UHGV virus genome: UHGV-0135268
Origin: a virus
DNA length: 38,337 nucleotides
Strand: one strand, 5' to 3'
Translations under genes and position numbers: made by a program
Notes under the pieces: model-generated
Told to the model about the DNA's origin: nothing
What the model saw: the letters and a program-made list of their open reading frames with translations, nothing else
The model's database searches: none
Shown here: one piece after another, positions 8,401 through 17,439 of the stretch
Numbering within the stretch: the first letter of the stretch is position 1
Layout: each line of letters starts with the position of its first letter

Positions 8401-11400
8401 TTAAACGCCCAGCAGGCGGCGACCCTGCCCGCGGTTAGAAAAGTCGTTCAGCATGTCCTGCCGGGCGCCTTTTCTGCCTTCTTCGGCGCCTTTTCGGGCT
8501 GCTTCCTCCATGGCGCGGATAAGCGCTGCATCACCGTTACCAGACACATGGATGGTCTGATGGATTGCCGGGGAAGAATTACCACCGCCTTGCTGTGTAG
8601 GTAATACCGCACGCACAGCAAGCGAGCCATTCCCCGCTCGCGTCAGTGGCATTATGGCTTCCGGCCCGGCCTCGCCCATCAGCCCAGCCCCTTTCGCAAA
8701 GGCGAAATATGTCGGGGTGCTGACGATGGAATTGCTGTAGGCGCTCAAATTCTCTGAGGCATAAACGCCACCTTTAGCATTGAACTCAACACCTGACGCA
8801 GCTGAGGCATATGCACCGGAAGGTGTATAACCACCAGCGCTTGCAGCAGCAGCGCCTGAGCCCATACCGAGCATGCTCAGGAAACTGGATCCGGAAAGTG
8901 CCTTGATACCATTAACCAGCGTGGCATTGAGAAGAATTTTTTGCAGCGATTGCAGTACACTCATCGACCAGTCAGACCAGCTGGCTTTGTTGTTGGATAG
9001 CGCATCAGAAATGTTATCGACCATGCCGCTCATGGCGTTATTAACCAAATCAGCAGACTGCGATGCATAGTCAGATGCGTTATCTGCCCAGTCAGCAAAG
9101 CCCTCACGCATACCGCCAACCCAGTCACCGCGCTGCACATCAGACGCATCATAAAACGCCTGTTGATCGCGAAGCCGTTCTGACAGGTACTGGTTATTAA
9201 GCGCTACCTCTTTCTGGTACAGATCTTCAGTAATATCCCCGCCCTGGTACTGGCGCTGCAACTCCACATTCTTTTGCTCAAAATCTTTGCGGATATTAAG
9301 CATTTCCTGTGTGCGCTGGCGAAATCTGCTTCCCTGTCCAAATCCAATCAGATCGGCCTGATTGGCAGCTCGCGCGCTGGCATTGCTGTCTGCCAGATTT
9401 GCCTCATACGCACGGAGCTGCTCGCGCAGTTTCACCTGATCAATCAGTGAAGCGTTGCGCATCACCTCCGCTTTTTGCGCCTGGCTCAGCGTGGCAAGCT
9501 CGCCCTGTGAAACCTGATATTTAACCTTTGCCAACTCGGTGCTTTGACCAGCAAGAGCGATCTGCTCCTGCTGCTGTTTGATGAGGCGCTTATAAATATC
9601 CTCAGTTTTTTCAGCCTCAGTTTTCGGGCCTTTTTTCTGAGGCTTATTCGCCTCATTATTTCGCCAGGTTTCAAGGCCAGCGTTTATTAATGCCTGCCGA
9701 TTATTTTGATATTGCGGATCGGTTGTAAGACCTAAATCGTCAGCAACATATCCAAGACGTGCAATTTCCTTTGCTTCACCTTTTAATCGAGATAGCTCAA
9801 GATCTCGGCGGCTTTTTTCGAGTGCATCTTTTTGTTGTTGGGTAGAATCAGCCTGAGGCACACGCATGGGGATATTAGCCAGCCCCTGCCGGGCCATGAG
9901 GAGATTATTTCCGAGACCCAGTAGACGGTTAAATTCCGTATGCTCACCGTTCATCATTATTAACGATTGATAAGCTGAATTCTGTTCTGCAGCCTGCTGC
10001 CGGATTAATGCTATTCGCCTGTTCTCTATCCCCTCCAGTACCGACTGGATCGACTCAGACTTAGCCTGCATCTGAGCTAACCTCTCCTGTTCAACGGCCA
10101 GAGCGGAAGTCGCTTCTTCCAGACCACGGGTGACCGCTTCGACCGAAGTCAGGTGGTTTATCATGAAACCGCCACTGGTTGTTGGTCCGGGGTTAGACAG
10201 GACATACTGATAGCCCGCGATCTCTTCCTTCAGGCTTTTTACTTTTGATGCCTGCGCATCAACAAGACGGTTTTGCTCCTCCAGCGCCTGACGGGTTTTG
10301 GTCTCATTATCAGAAACTTCGAGCAAGCTCATTTCGCGAGTTTTATTGCGAATCTCTTCTATGGTTCCGGCATAATCTCTGGCAGATTGCCGTGCCTGCT
10401 CTTGGTTTTGATACAGCGCATACCAAGCCCCAGCGCCTAACATAACCAGCCCTGGTACGCCGCCAATTAGGCCCATCGCGCCGCCGAGCAAACGGGTACC
10501 AACCGCGGTGACACTATTAAGGTTATTTTGTGCCGTAACCCTTCCCGCTAAATTCCGATTAAGCGCGGCCTGCGCAGCTGCAAGCCTCTTTTCAGCAGCA
10601 GTTTGAACATCTGCATTTTTTGCCGCGGCTAGTCCAGACTGAGCCCTTTCGAGTGCGGCGCGCGCTCTGACCTTTTCAGTTGCTGTGCCGCCAGCTAATG
10701 CGGCGTTTAGCCTTGTCTGTGCAGCGGTAACCTTGGCTTCAGCAGCAGCGACTTTCTCCTGTTGCGCAGCCTGCACATCAGCGCCGCGCGCCGCCTGAAG
10801 AGCTTGCTGTGCTCGATAAACGTCCGCTCTGGACGCGGCGACTGACGATTGTGCTGCTTTATCCTGGGCAACTGCCAATGCAACTTCAGCTTTTGCAGCT
10901 GAAATTAGTGAAGTCGTTGCACCAGTAGCACTACTGACAATGCCGCCAAGGTATTTTGCCAACCCCACACCAATTAACCCACCAGCTACAGTCGTTATTG
11001 TTGACATGTTATCGGCGACATCGTCTAGCGCCCCGCTAACACCTGATCTGGTAATGCCATCAAGTGCACCGGCAAGTCCATTAAGCCCTCCTGATAATGC
11101 ATCCGTTGCACCTGTCGCTTGATTGACGCCGCCTACCCATGCCATAAAGCTGTTGGTTACTTTCTGCATCGAGCCAGACACAGTTTGCGGCATTGAGCCA
11201 AATTCACCACGCAAAGTATCAAGCTGGCTGATCATGGCAGGAACAACTTTATCAATCGTCAGCTGCCCCTGATCCGCCATAGCCTTCAGATCTTTTCGGG
11301 CAACTCCCATGCCTGCGGCTAAAGCTCTAACAACGCGATCGCCGGACTCATTCACGGCATTAAATTCTTCTCCACGCAGCACGCCCTGCGCCAGCGCCTG

Positions 11401-11925
11401 ACTAAACTGCGTAATAACCGAACCAGACTCTTCTGCGCTGGCACCGGAGATTTTAAGGCCAGTCGAAACGGCCTCAGTAACCCTCAGCACATCTTCAGAA
11501 TTGTAACCAAACTCCCTCATTGACGCGGCGGCGCGGGCAAAGAGATTGGCATTGTCAGTAAATGCGGTTCCTGTTCGCTGGCTAATCTGCATCAGTTGCA
11601 TCTGAGAGTTCGTAAAATCATCAGTAGAACTGGAGGCCTGCTTTAAGCGAGCATTTACTGAAGTCCACTCATCAGCAATCTGAACTATTTTCCCCGTCGC
11701 GAATGCTGCTGTAGCGGCGGCGGCAGCTCTCCCTGCGCTTGCGAAACCATTGGTCAGCTCAGACAGTGCTTGCTCACTCTCACGCGCAGCGGCGGCGGCT
11801 TGTCTGCCCCCATTCTGCATCGTGCGGTAATAATCCTGCCCCATTCTGGATGCGCGGGCTATTTCAGTCTGAAAAGACTGAGAGTTAGCAGATATTTTGA
11901 TTATCAGTTCGCGCAGAGTTGCCAT
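8401..11925 (-). CDS. Tail tape measure protein (1174 aa)
   Basis: MATLRELIIKISANSQSFQ N-terminus, tape-measure domain (ITQFSQALAQGVLRGEEFNAV), Ala-rich coiled coil, lambda-H-like C-terminus (MGEAGPEAIMPL). Confidence 0.95.
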   Translation of the reverse strand: MATLRELIIKISANSQSFQTEIARASRMGQDYYRTMQNGGRQAAAAARESEQALSELTNGFASAGRAAAAATAAFATGKIVQIADEWTSVNARLKQASSSTDDFTNSQMQLMQISQRTGTAFTDNANLFARAAASMREFGYNSEDVLRVTEAVSTGLKISGASAEESGSVITQFSQALAQGVLRGEEFNAVNESGDRVVRALAAGMGVARKDLKAMADQGQLTIDKVVPAMISQLDTLRGEFGSMPQTVSGSMQKVTNSFMAWVGGVNQATGATDALSGGLNGLAGALDGITRSGVSGALDDVADNMSTITTVAGGLIGVGLAKYLGGIVSSATGATTSLISAAKAEVALAVAQDKAAQSSVAASRADVYRAQQALQAARGADVQAAQQEKVAAAEAKVTAAQTRLNAALAGGTATEKVRARAALERAQSGLAAAKNADVQTAAEKRLAAAQAALNRNLAGRVTAQNNLNSVTAVGTRLLGGAMGLIGGVPGLVMLGAGAWYALYQNQEQARQSARDYAGTIEEIRNKTREMSLLEVSDNETKTRQALEEQNRLVDAQASKVKSLKEEIAGYQYVLSNPGPTTSGGFMINHLTSVEAVTRGLEEATSALAVEQERLAQMQAKSESIQSVLEGIENRRIALIRQQAAEQNSAYQSLIMMNGEHTEFNRLLGLGNNLLMARQGLANIPMRVPQADSTQQQKDALEKSRRDLELSRLKGEAKEIARLGYVADDLGLTTDPQYQNNRQALINAGLETWRNNEANKPQKKGPKTEAEKTEDIYKRLIKQQQEQIALAGQSTELAKVKYQVSQGELATLSQAQKAEVMRNASLIDQVKLREQLRAYEANLADSNASARAANQADLIGFGQGSRFRQRTQEMLNIRKDFEQKNVELQRQYQGGDITEDLYQKEVALNNQYLSERLRDQQAFYDASDVQRGDWVGGMREGFADWADNASDYASQSADLVNNAMSGMVDNISDALSNNKASWSDWSMSVLQSLQKILLNATLVNGIKALSGSSFLSMLGMGSGAAAASAGGYTPSGAYASAASGVEFNAKGGVYASENLSAYSNSIVSTPTYFAFAKGAGLMGEAGPEAIMPLTRAGNGSLAVRAVLPTQQGGGNSSPAIHQTIHVSGNGDAALIRAMEEAARKGAEEGRKGARQDMLNDFSNRGQGRRLLGV

Positions 11926-11937
11926 ATTTCACCCAAT

Positions 11938-11962
11938 AAAAAACCCCGCCGAGGCGGAGTTT
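11938..11962 (-). terminator. Terminator of the membrane-protein moron
   Basis: CCGCC-containing hairpin followed by a T run on the minus strand, just after the 11986 stop. Confidence 0.7.
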
Positions 11963-11985
11963 ATAGAGATGGATATCGATATTAT

Positions 11986-12324
11986 TTAAAGTAAACCTGC
12001 TTTTTTTCTGGCTTCCTCTAAATAGTCATCATCGCTTTTATTTAAATTAACACTTTCTGAACCGCTTATATCGCTACCGCAATGCTTGCACTTAATGGCT
12101 TCCTTCCTAACCATCTCGGCGCAAAAAGGGCATTTCCTCATTCCGTCATCAATCATTTCTTTCTCAATAGTTTGAGAGTCTTTTTTAATGATTAGTGAGT
12201 GCACTAATGCAACAATGAATAACAGGAAGCCGTAGATCCACCAACCTATAAAGGAACGGCCCTTACTTTGTGCAATAAGCGCTGGGATAATGCCGAGCAC
12301 AATCGCAGCCAGGAAAAACTCCAT
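11986..12324 (-). CDS. Moron: two-TM membrane protein with C-terminal zinc ribbon (candidate superinfection exclusion)
   Basis: AT-rich. Two hydrophobic helices, then CPFCAE..CKHCG. Has its own promoter and terminator. Confidence 0.8.
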   Translation of the reverse strand: MEFFLAAIVLGIIPALIAQSKGRSFIGWWIYGFLLFIVALVHSLIIKKDSQTIEKEMIDDGMRKCPFCAEMVRKEAIKCKHCGSDISGSESVNLNKSDDDYLEEARKKAGLL

Positions 12325-12356
12325 AATAGATTCCTTATCATTAACAATCAGGTTTA

Positions 12357-12385
12357 ATCATAATGTTATCGCTAAGAAATGTCAC
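12357..12385 (-). promoter_or_regulatory. Sigma70 promoter of the moron
   Basis: GTGACA-17 bp-TATGAT on the minus strand, 33 bp upstream of ATG 12324. Confidence 0.65.
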
Positions 12386-12415
12386 TTATAGGTGCGTTCA
12401 AATCTTAATAAACCT

Positions 12416-12721
12416 TCAGCCTGCCAGCGCCGCAAAAAACCCTTCCAGCCCGGCGCTGTCTTCTTCCTGGGCCTGCGCATTCCACTGAAGGAGCACATCA
12501 TCCATGCTGACTTTTGCGCCCTGCGAGTTGAGCACCGCCGCAGAGATCTGCGCGGACTGAATATCGCCGCGCCTGTCGCTGATCGGATTGAGACGGTCGA
12601 ACTCGATCCACATGCGCAGCTCGCTGGCCGTCAGGGTTTGCTTCAGTTCATCAAGCGTGCGCCCCAGACGGAGCGCCAGCGTCATCAGGAAGAACGTGCC
12701 GGGCTGGCTTACGGCTTTTCC
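12416..12721 (-). CDS. Tail assembly chaperone T portion (gpGT, via -1 frameshift; DUF4035-like)
   Basis: The -1 frame from GGAAAAG (12715-12721) is open: ..EKAVSQPGTFFLMTLALRLGRTL.. to the stop at 12416. Confidence 0.8.
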   Translation of the reverse strand, partial: GKAVSQPGTFFLMTLALRLGRTLDELKQTLTASELRMWIEFDRLNPISDRRGDIQSAQISAAVLNSQGAKVSMDDVLLQWNAQAQEEDSAGLEGFFAALAG

Positions 12722-13104
12722 ACATCGGCCGCCGAGGTAGTCAGGTCCAGCGCCTGCTTAAGAAGGCGGGCATGCACCGGGCCGTAGAACTGTTCAACCT
12801 GCGCTTTATCTTCTTCGGTAAAGACCTGTGAACCGTCTTCTTCAAGGAGCACATCGATAAACAGCACCACATCAGCACTCTTGTTACGCAATGCGCGTTC
12901 TGCTGCCGTCAGCTCTTCTGGTTCGCCTTCTCCCTGCTTCGGGTTAAGCACCTGCTGCCATTCAAGCCAGGCCTGCGCTGATGGCTCACGCAGTTTTACC
13001 CTGGCGTTTTCCCACTCCGGAACGGTGACGGTTTTTGTGCGAAAGCCTGCCATAGGTGCCAACGCGAGCGAGCGAAGTGAACTCTGTGAAACCTGTTTTC
13101 CCAT
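12709..13104 (-). CDS. Tail assembly chaperone gpG-like
   Basis: Follows the major tail gene. VTVPEWENARVKLREPS motif. Ends at a slippery site. Confidence 0.85.
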   Translation of the reverse strand: MGKQVSQSSLRSLALAPMAGFRTKTVTVPEWENARVKLREPSAQAWLEWQQVLNPKQGEGEPEELTAAERALRNKSADVVLFIDVLLEEDGSQVFTEEDKAQVEQFYGPVHARLLKQALDLTTSAADVEKP

Positions 13105-13131
13105 TTCATTTTTTCTCAGTTTGTAATCAGG

Positions 13132-13153
13132 AATAGCGGCTTTCGCCGCTGTT
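13132..13153 (-). terminator. Hairpin / probable terminator after the major tail gene
   Basis: AATAGCGGC-tttc-GCCGCTGTT inverted repeat. Confidence 0.5.
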
Positions 13154-13154
13154 A

Positions 13155-13610
13155 TTAGCCTGCAGAAGGTGCCGGAACGATCGGGACGGGCTTACCTTTG
13201 ATGCGCAGCGTAAACGATGCGGTCACCACCCCGGCAGTGCCCAGGCTCCAGCTGTTCTGACGAACTTCAGCCAGGAATGCATAACCGTTGCCGGATGGGA
13301 AGATCACCTGAAAAGCGTGCAACGCATCAGTGTCGTAAGCGGTGCGTAATGTGTTCTGCCCCTCTTCATCAGCAGACCAGTTCCCGGAAACCGTCATTTC
13401 ACCTGGCGCAGCCAGGCCATTCGTCATCTCCTGCTCGGTGGAGCAAAGTGTGGTGGTGTCGATATCCGATTTCTGCCCGCCGGTATAGCTGAGTTCTTTG
13501 GTCGAACAGTTAATGGACTGCCAGGTCGCACCGGTGGGATTAGGCACCGTTGCCGGATCGGCGGAAACGTTAATTTTCGTTCCCTGCGTTTTTTCGTACT
13601 TTGAGGACAT
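13155..13610 (-). CDS. Major tail (tube) protein
   Basis: GGQKSDIDTTTLCSTEQEMTNGL motif of HK97-type tail tube proteins. Gene position fits. Confidence 0.9.
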   Translation of the reverse strand: MSSKYEKTQGTKINVSADPATVPNPTGATWQSINCSTKELSYTGGQKSDIDTTTLCSTEQEMTNGLAAPGEMTVSGNWSADEEGQNTLRTAYDTDALHAFQVIFPSGNGYAFLAEVRQNSWSLGTAGVVTASFTLRIKGKPVPIVPAPSAG

Positions 13611-13626
13611 AGAGAGCTCCAGATAT

Positions 13627-13649
13627 AAAAAAAGCCGCCCGGAGGCGGC
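13627..13649 (-). terminator. Intrinsic terminator upstream of the major tail gene
   Basis: GCCGCC-tccg-GGCGGC followed by T7. Confidence 0.7.
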
Positions 13650-13657
13650 AGAGTGGA

Positions 13658-13987
13658 TTATTGCCAGATCTGAACTTCCAGCGTGGCGCGGTAAAGCGCG
13701 GTATCAGATTCGTAGCCGTTGAGCTCGTTCAGCGCGACGGGATGCAGATCGGCAAGTGCAGTTTTCACCTGCTCGCGTAACGCACGGGCCTCATCAATCG
13801 AGCTGGCCCAGGTATCAACCTGAAGCGTGAAAGCCGTCTCGGCCGGTCCGCAGAATGCATCCTCACCGGCCGCAGACGGCAACAGGTAGATCACCCACGG
13901 GGCTGCTGTGCCCTGCGGGGCGACAAACGGGAAAACATTGCCGCCTGCCAGCGCGCTGAGGCGCGGATAGATATCAGCTTCGGTCAT
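13658..13987 (-). CDS. Tail terminator / completion protein (DUF3168-like)
   Basis: Gene position and LQVDTWA..YRATLEV motifs. Confidence 0.8.
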   Translation of the reverse strand: MTEADIYPRLSALAGGNVFPFVAPQGTAAPWVIYLLPSAAGEDAFCGPAETAFTLQVDTWASSIDEARALREQVKTALADLHPVALNELNGYESDTALYRATLEVQIWQ

Positions 13988-14433
13988 TTCGCCAGTACCT
14001 CGTCGATAGCCTGATTCAGGCGCGCCATGGCAACCCGTGTCGCTTCTTCCTGGCGAGTGTCAAAGGCTGGCCTTACGAACGGGTGTGCGGGCATGTTCGA
14101 GGTGCCAAGCTCCACAAAACGCCAGTAAAAGGCGTTACGCGGGTCAGAAGCTTTCATGCTGTTATCGCTGTTGTTGGTGCGCATATTGCGCCCGCGAATA
14201 TGGACACCAGAGGAAATTTCACCGCGGCGGCGCCCTTTCTGGGTTAACACCACGACGTTTTTTTTCAGCTTTCCGGTTCGTACCGGGGCGCGCTTTTCCA
14301 CCTCCTCTTTCAGAACCTCAGCACCGGCGCGGGTGGCATCACGCAAGACCTTGTTATTTTCCGCCCGGCTGAGCGTCTCCAGATCCTTCGCGATATCGGC
14401 CAGACCGGAAAAATCAAGACTCGTTGAAATCAC
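13984..14433 (-). CDS. HK97 gp10-family morphogenesis protein
   Basis: APVRTGKLKKN and FYWRFVELGTSNMPAHPFVRPAFD motifs. GTG start at 14433 overlaps the upstream TGA. Confidence 0.88.
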   Translation of the reverse strand: MISTSLDFSGLADIAKDLETLSRAENNKVLRDATRAGAEVLKEEVEKRAPVRTGKLKKNVVVLTQKGRRRGEISSGVHIRGRNMRTNNSDNSMKASDPRNAFYWRFVELGTSNMPAHPFVRPAFDTRQEEATRVAMARLNQAIDEVLAK

Positions 14434-14771
14434 TGTTTCACCCCCTTCTCGCAAAGCAATTCGAGCCTGGTGCCGTTCTCTGCTGAGATAGCCGACTTGA
14501 TGTCATATATCTCACCGCCTCCGGTAGGCGGAAGATGAACGGCTCGCCATCCCGTGGTTACGGGAATGCCTGGATAACGACGCATCCAGATCCGGGTTGT
14601 GGTGCTGCTCAACTCTGCGCCGCCGTCCATCATCTCCCGGCCCGATACATCCGCGACTTCTGCCCGAACCGAAGCAACATCCACCCAGCCGGTTGCAGGC
14701 TGTCCGGACGGTAATCGCCCGGTTGCCGGTTTCTGAAGGATTACCCTGTGCCGCAGACGTCCCGCTTTCAT
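14430..14771 (-). CDS. Head closure (head-tail adaptor) protein
   Basis: MKAGRLRHRVILQ N-terminus and LELLCEKG C-terminus. Confidence 0.88.
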   Translation of the reverse strand: MKAGRLRHRVILQKPATGRLPSGQPATGWVDVASVRAEVADVSGREMMDGGAELSSTTTRIWMRRYPGIPVTTGWRAVHLPPTGGGEIYDIKSAISAENGTRLELLCEKGVKQ

Positions 14772-15094
14772 AGGCCATAAATCCGGTAGGGTTGAAGGAG
14801 TGCTTCAGTAGAGAAAGCCAGCGCAGATGTCGTGCTGCCGGTGCTGACCGTTTCACGGTTGGTGTACCAGTGGGCAATCAGCATCAACATAGCCATTTCG
14901 ACATCCTCGCCATAAAGCAGCGCGTCTGGATCGGCCATATAAAGCGGATCATCCGCCTTTTCATAAAGCCGGCGGCGGGTCCACGTTTCCACATACCGCG
15001 CAGCCGCCTTTATGCTGTTTTCGATCCAGTTGTCGTCCTCTGTAAAATCCGGCTCGATATTGCAGTGGCGCTTAACCTGCTCTTTGGTCAGCAT
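14768..15094 (-). CDS. Head-tail connector (HK97 gp6-like)
   Basis: VKRHCNIE...AMLMLIAHWYTNRE...LLQPYR motifs. Confidence 0.9.
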   Translation of the reverse strand: MLTKEQVKRHCNIEPDFTEDDNWIENSIKAAARYVETWTRRRLYEKADDPLYMADPDALLYGEDVEMAMLMLIAHWYTNRETVSTGSTTSALAFSTEALLQPYRIYGL

Positions 15095-15103
15095 GTGCGC
15101 CCC

Positions 15104-15289
15104 TTATTTGGCCTTGCCATTCCCTTTCGGCTTTTGCTCTTTATCCGGATCCGGCTTTTTCTCGCCAGGCTCCTGAGCATAACCGCGCGCAACAAGATCA
15201 CGACCGTGTTGCTCAAGCGTCTCGAACTCCGCGCCTTCGGTCAGCACGTTGCCTTCAAAGTAGATAGGCTTGATAGCGATCAGCTTCAT
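15104..15289 (-). CDS. Small head-associated hypothetical protein
   Basis: 61 aa with GGAG RBS and Lys-rich tail, between the capsid and connector genes. Confidence 0.7.
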   Translation of the reverse strand: MKLIAIKPIYFEGNVLTEGAEFETLEQHGRDLVARGYAQEPGEKKPDPDKEQKPKGNGKAK

Positions 15290-15306
15290 GTCTGTCTCCT
15301 TAACGG

Positions 15307-15333
15307 AAAAAAGAAAAGCGGCCCGCAGGCCGC
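15307..15333 (-). terminator. Intrinsic terminator after the capsid gene
   Basis: GCGGCC-tgcg-GGCCGC followed by TTTTCTTTTTT. Confidence 0.75.
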
Positions 15334-15342
15334 CATTAAGGT

Positions 15343-16563
15343 TTACGCACCGCCGCCATCAGCAGGCGCGGTGAAGGAACCGTAGATAAACGCTTCCGGA
15401 CGTTTCACTGCCAGCGCCAGGCGCTCTTCACAACGAATCGAGATCATGTTCTTCTCGAAGTCATCGGCGTTTTCAGTGGAGATCACCACGTTGGCGTCTT
15501 CACGGTCGAAGAGCTGCGCCGCCGCGTTGAACGCCCCGGTCAGGAACTTGCCCTGGAACGCTGCGGCCTCGGTCGCGACCACCGGCAGACCCCAGAGTGT
15601 CGGGCCGGTCAGCGCCGCCGGGTTCGCCAGGATGTAGCGTCCCAGCGTGTCTTTGGTGAGTTCAATCTTCGCCCAGTCGATGAAGTGCAGCACGTGGCCT
15701 GAAGCCGGGAAGCGAGCAAGCTGCGCCTGAAGCATCGCGAGACGCAGATCATCAATACCGTTCTGCTGCTCAACGGTGAAAGCAGCGTCGAAAGCGGAGG
15801 CCTGCGGCACGATACCTTTCAGATGCGCGCCGGTACCATCACCGAACAGGATCTCCTGTTCTTCCACGTACTTCAGACCGTAACGCATTTCTGCGTCAAT
15901 CGTGGACTGCAGCTGCGCGAAGTCGTCCAGGATTTGCTTGGACGCTTTGAACATGTGCGCGATGGTGGTGACCGGCGTGATCTGGGTGGCGAACTGGATA
16001 TCGCTGTACGGCTTGGTGGTGCCTTCCGGGACCACTTTTGCCGCATTGGTGAATCCGGTCTGCTGCACCCAGAAGATAGCCGGTGCGGAGGTGCGGCCGG
16101 GCGCAATCAGGTCGCGAATGAACAGGCGCTGTTTCGGGGCGGTGTCGATGCCCGGCAGACGCTGCGGCTCCACCACGCCTGTTGCCACGTCAGTTGAAAT
16201 CAGCGCAGCGTTCACCGGCACGCTGACGCGCTTACCACCTTCAACACTTGCCGCAAATGCTTTCAGTGCTTCGCTGTTGATGACGGTCTGGCCGACGGTT
16301 TCCACCACTTTTGCGGCGTTTGCCAGCGGCATCTGGGCGACCTGCTGTTCGAGCTCACCGAGCGCCGCCTTGAGCGTCTTTTCCGCCTCTTTCAGGGCGT
16401 TGAATTCCGACGCCATTTTGTCGACGGTTTCTTTAGTTTCTGCCGACAACTTGCCGGTTTTCTGGGCTTCTTTCAGCGCCTCTTCTGCTTTGGCGTTGAA
16501 TTTGCCGGTGGCCTCTTCAATGCTGGCGCTGACTTTTTTCAGGATCTCGTTTACTTCAGACAT
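15343..16563 (-). CDS. Major capsid protein, HK97 fold with N-terminal delta domain
   Basis: Coiled-coil N-terminus. EEQEILFGDGTG and DFEKNMISIRCEERLALAVKRPEAF motifs. Confidence 0.95.
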   Translation of the reverse strand: MSEVNEILKKVSASIEEATGKFNAKAEEALKEAQKTGKLSAETKETVDKMASEFNALKEAEKTLKAALGELEQQVAQMPLANAAKVVETVGQTVINSEALKAFAASVEGGKRVSVPVNAALISTDVATGVVEPQRLPGIDTAPKQRLFIRDLIAPGRTSAPAIFWVQQTGFTNAAKVVPEGTTKPYSDIQFATQITPVTTIAHMFKASKQILDDFAQLQSTIDAEMRYGLKYVEEQEILFGDGTGAHLKGIVPQASAFDAAFTVEQQNGIDDLRLAMLQAQLARFPASGHVLHFIDWAKIELTKDTLGRYILANPAALTGPTLWGLPVVATEAAAFQGKFLTGAFNAAAQLFDREDANVVISTENADDFEKNMISIRCEERLALAVKRPEAFIYGSFTAPADGGGA

Positions 16564-16576
16564 AACTTCTCCGTAT

Positions 16577-17431
16577 TTACTGGGCAGCCGCTTTCAGTCC
16601 GCTAATAGCGGCTTCCAGACGGTCAATGGTTTCTTTTTCGATGGTGGCAGCGCCTGGCGTACCGTCAGGGGTGGCAGCAGCGCCCGGCGTGCTGCCCGAT
16701 AAGGCTTTAAGCAGTTTTCGGCGTTCAGACCGTGGCGTGTTTGCTTTCGCCAGTAACGCATCAAGCTTGCGCAGCGCGGCGGCTGGGCTTTCCTCGTCGT
16801 CGGCGATTTCATCAGCAGACAGCAGACTGTCAGCAAAGCCCTTTTCTACGGCTTCGCTGCCGCCGATATACGTTTCGCCGTCCATCATCTTGTCGACTGT
16901 GTCGGCATCAAGACCGCTACGCGCCTGGTAGATATCGCTCATCGCTTTATCAAACGGCGCCATGTCGGCGGCAATCTGCGCCAGGTCGTGACGGTTGCCC
17001 ATCGCGTAAACCCAGCAGTTATGGATCATGAGGAACGCGCCGCGGCCTATCTGCACTTCATCGCCTGCCATTGCGATAATCGACGCCGCAGAGGCCGCCA
17101 GCCCCAGCACTTTCACGGTGACTTTGCCGTCGTACTCACGAAGCAGGTTGTAAATCGCCAGCCCTTCGAACATGTCGCCGCCGGGGCTGTTGATGTTGAC
17201 TGTAACGTCTGCGCCATTAAGCGAACGAAGCGCACCGGCGATACGGCTCGCGGTGACGCCCTCGCCCCAGTAATCTGCGCCTATAACATCAAAAATCGAG
17301 ATACTGTTATCGCCGTCGCGCGCCGCACGGATGCTCCCGTTCCAGCGCTCCATTGCCGCAGCGGGAAGGTCTGGTTTTTCGCGCGCAAAAGGTCGCCCTT
17401 CCGGCGCCGCCGGAAGGCTTTTAATGGTCAT
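16577..17431 (-). CDS. Head maturation protease, ClpP-like (S14)
   Basis: INSPGGDMFEG, LAASAASII and FLMIHN motifs. Lies between portal and capsid genes. Confidence 0.92.
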   Translation of the reverse strand: MTIKSLPAAPEGRPFAREKPDLPAAAMERWNGSIRAARDGDNSISIFDVIGADYWGEGVTASRIAGALRSLNGADVTVNINSPGGDMFEGLAIYNLLREYDGKVTVKVLGLAASAASIIAMAGDEVQIGRGAFLMIHNCWVYAMGNRHDLAQIAADMAPFDKAMSDIYQARSGLDADTVDKMMDGETYIGGSEAVEKGFADSLLSADEIADDEESPAAALRKLDALLAKANTPRSERRKLLKALSGSTPGAAATPDGTPGAATIEKETIDRLEAAISGLKAAAQ

Positions 17432-17439
17432 GGATGCTC

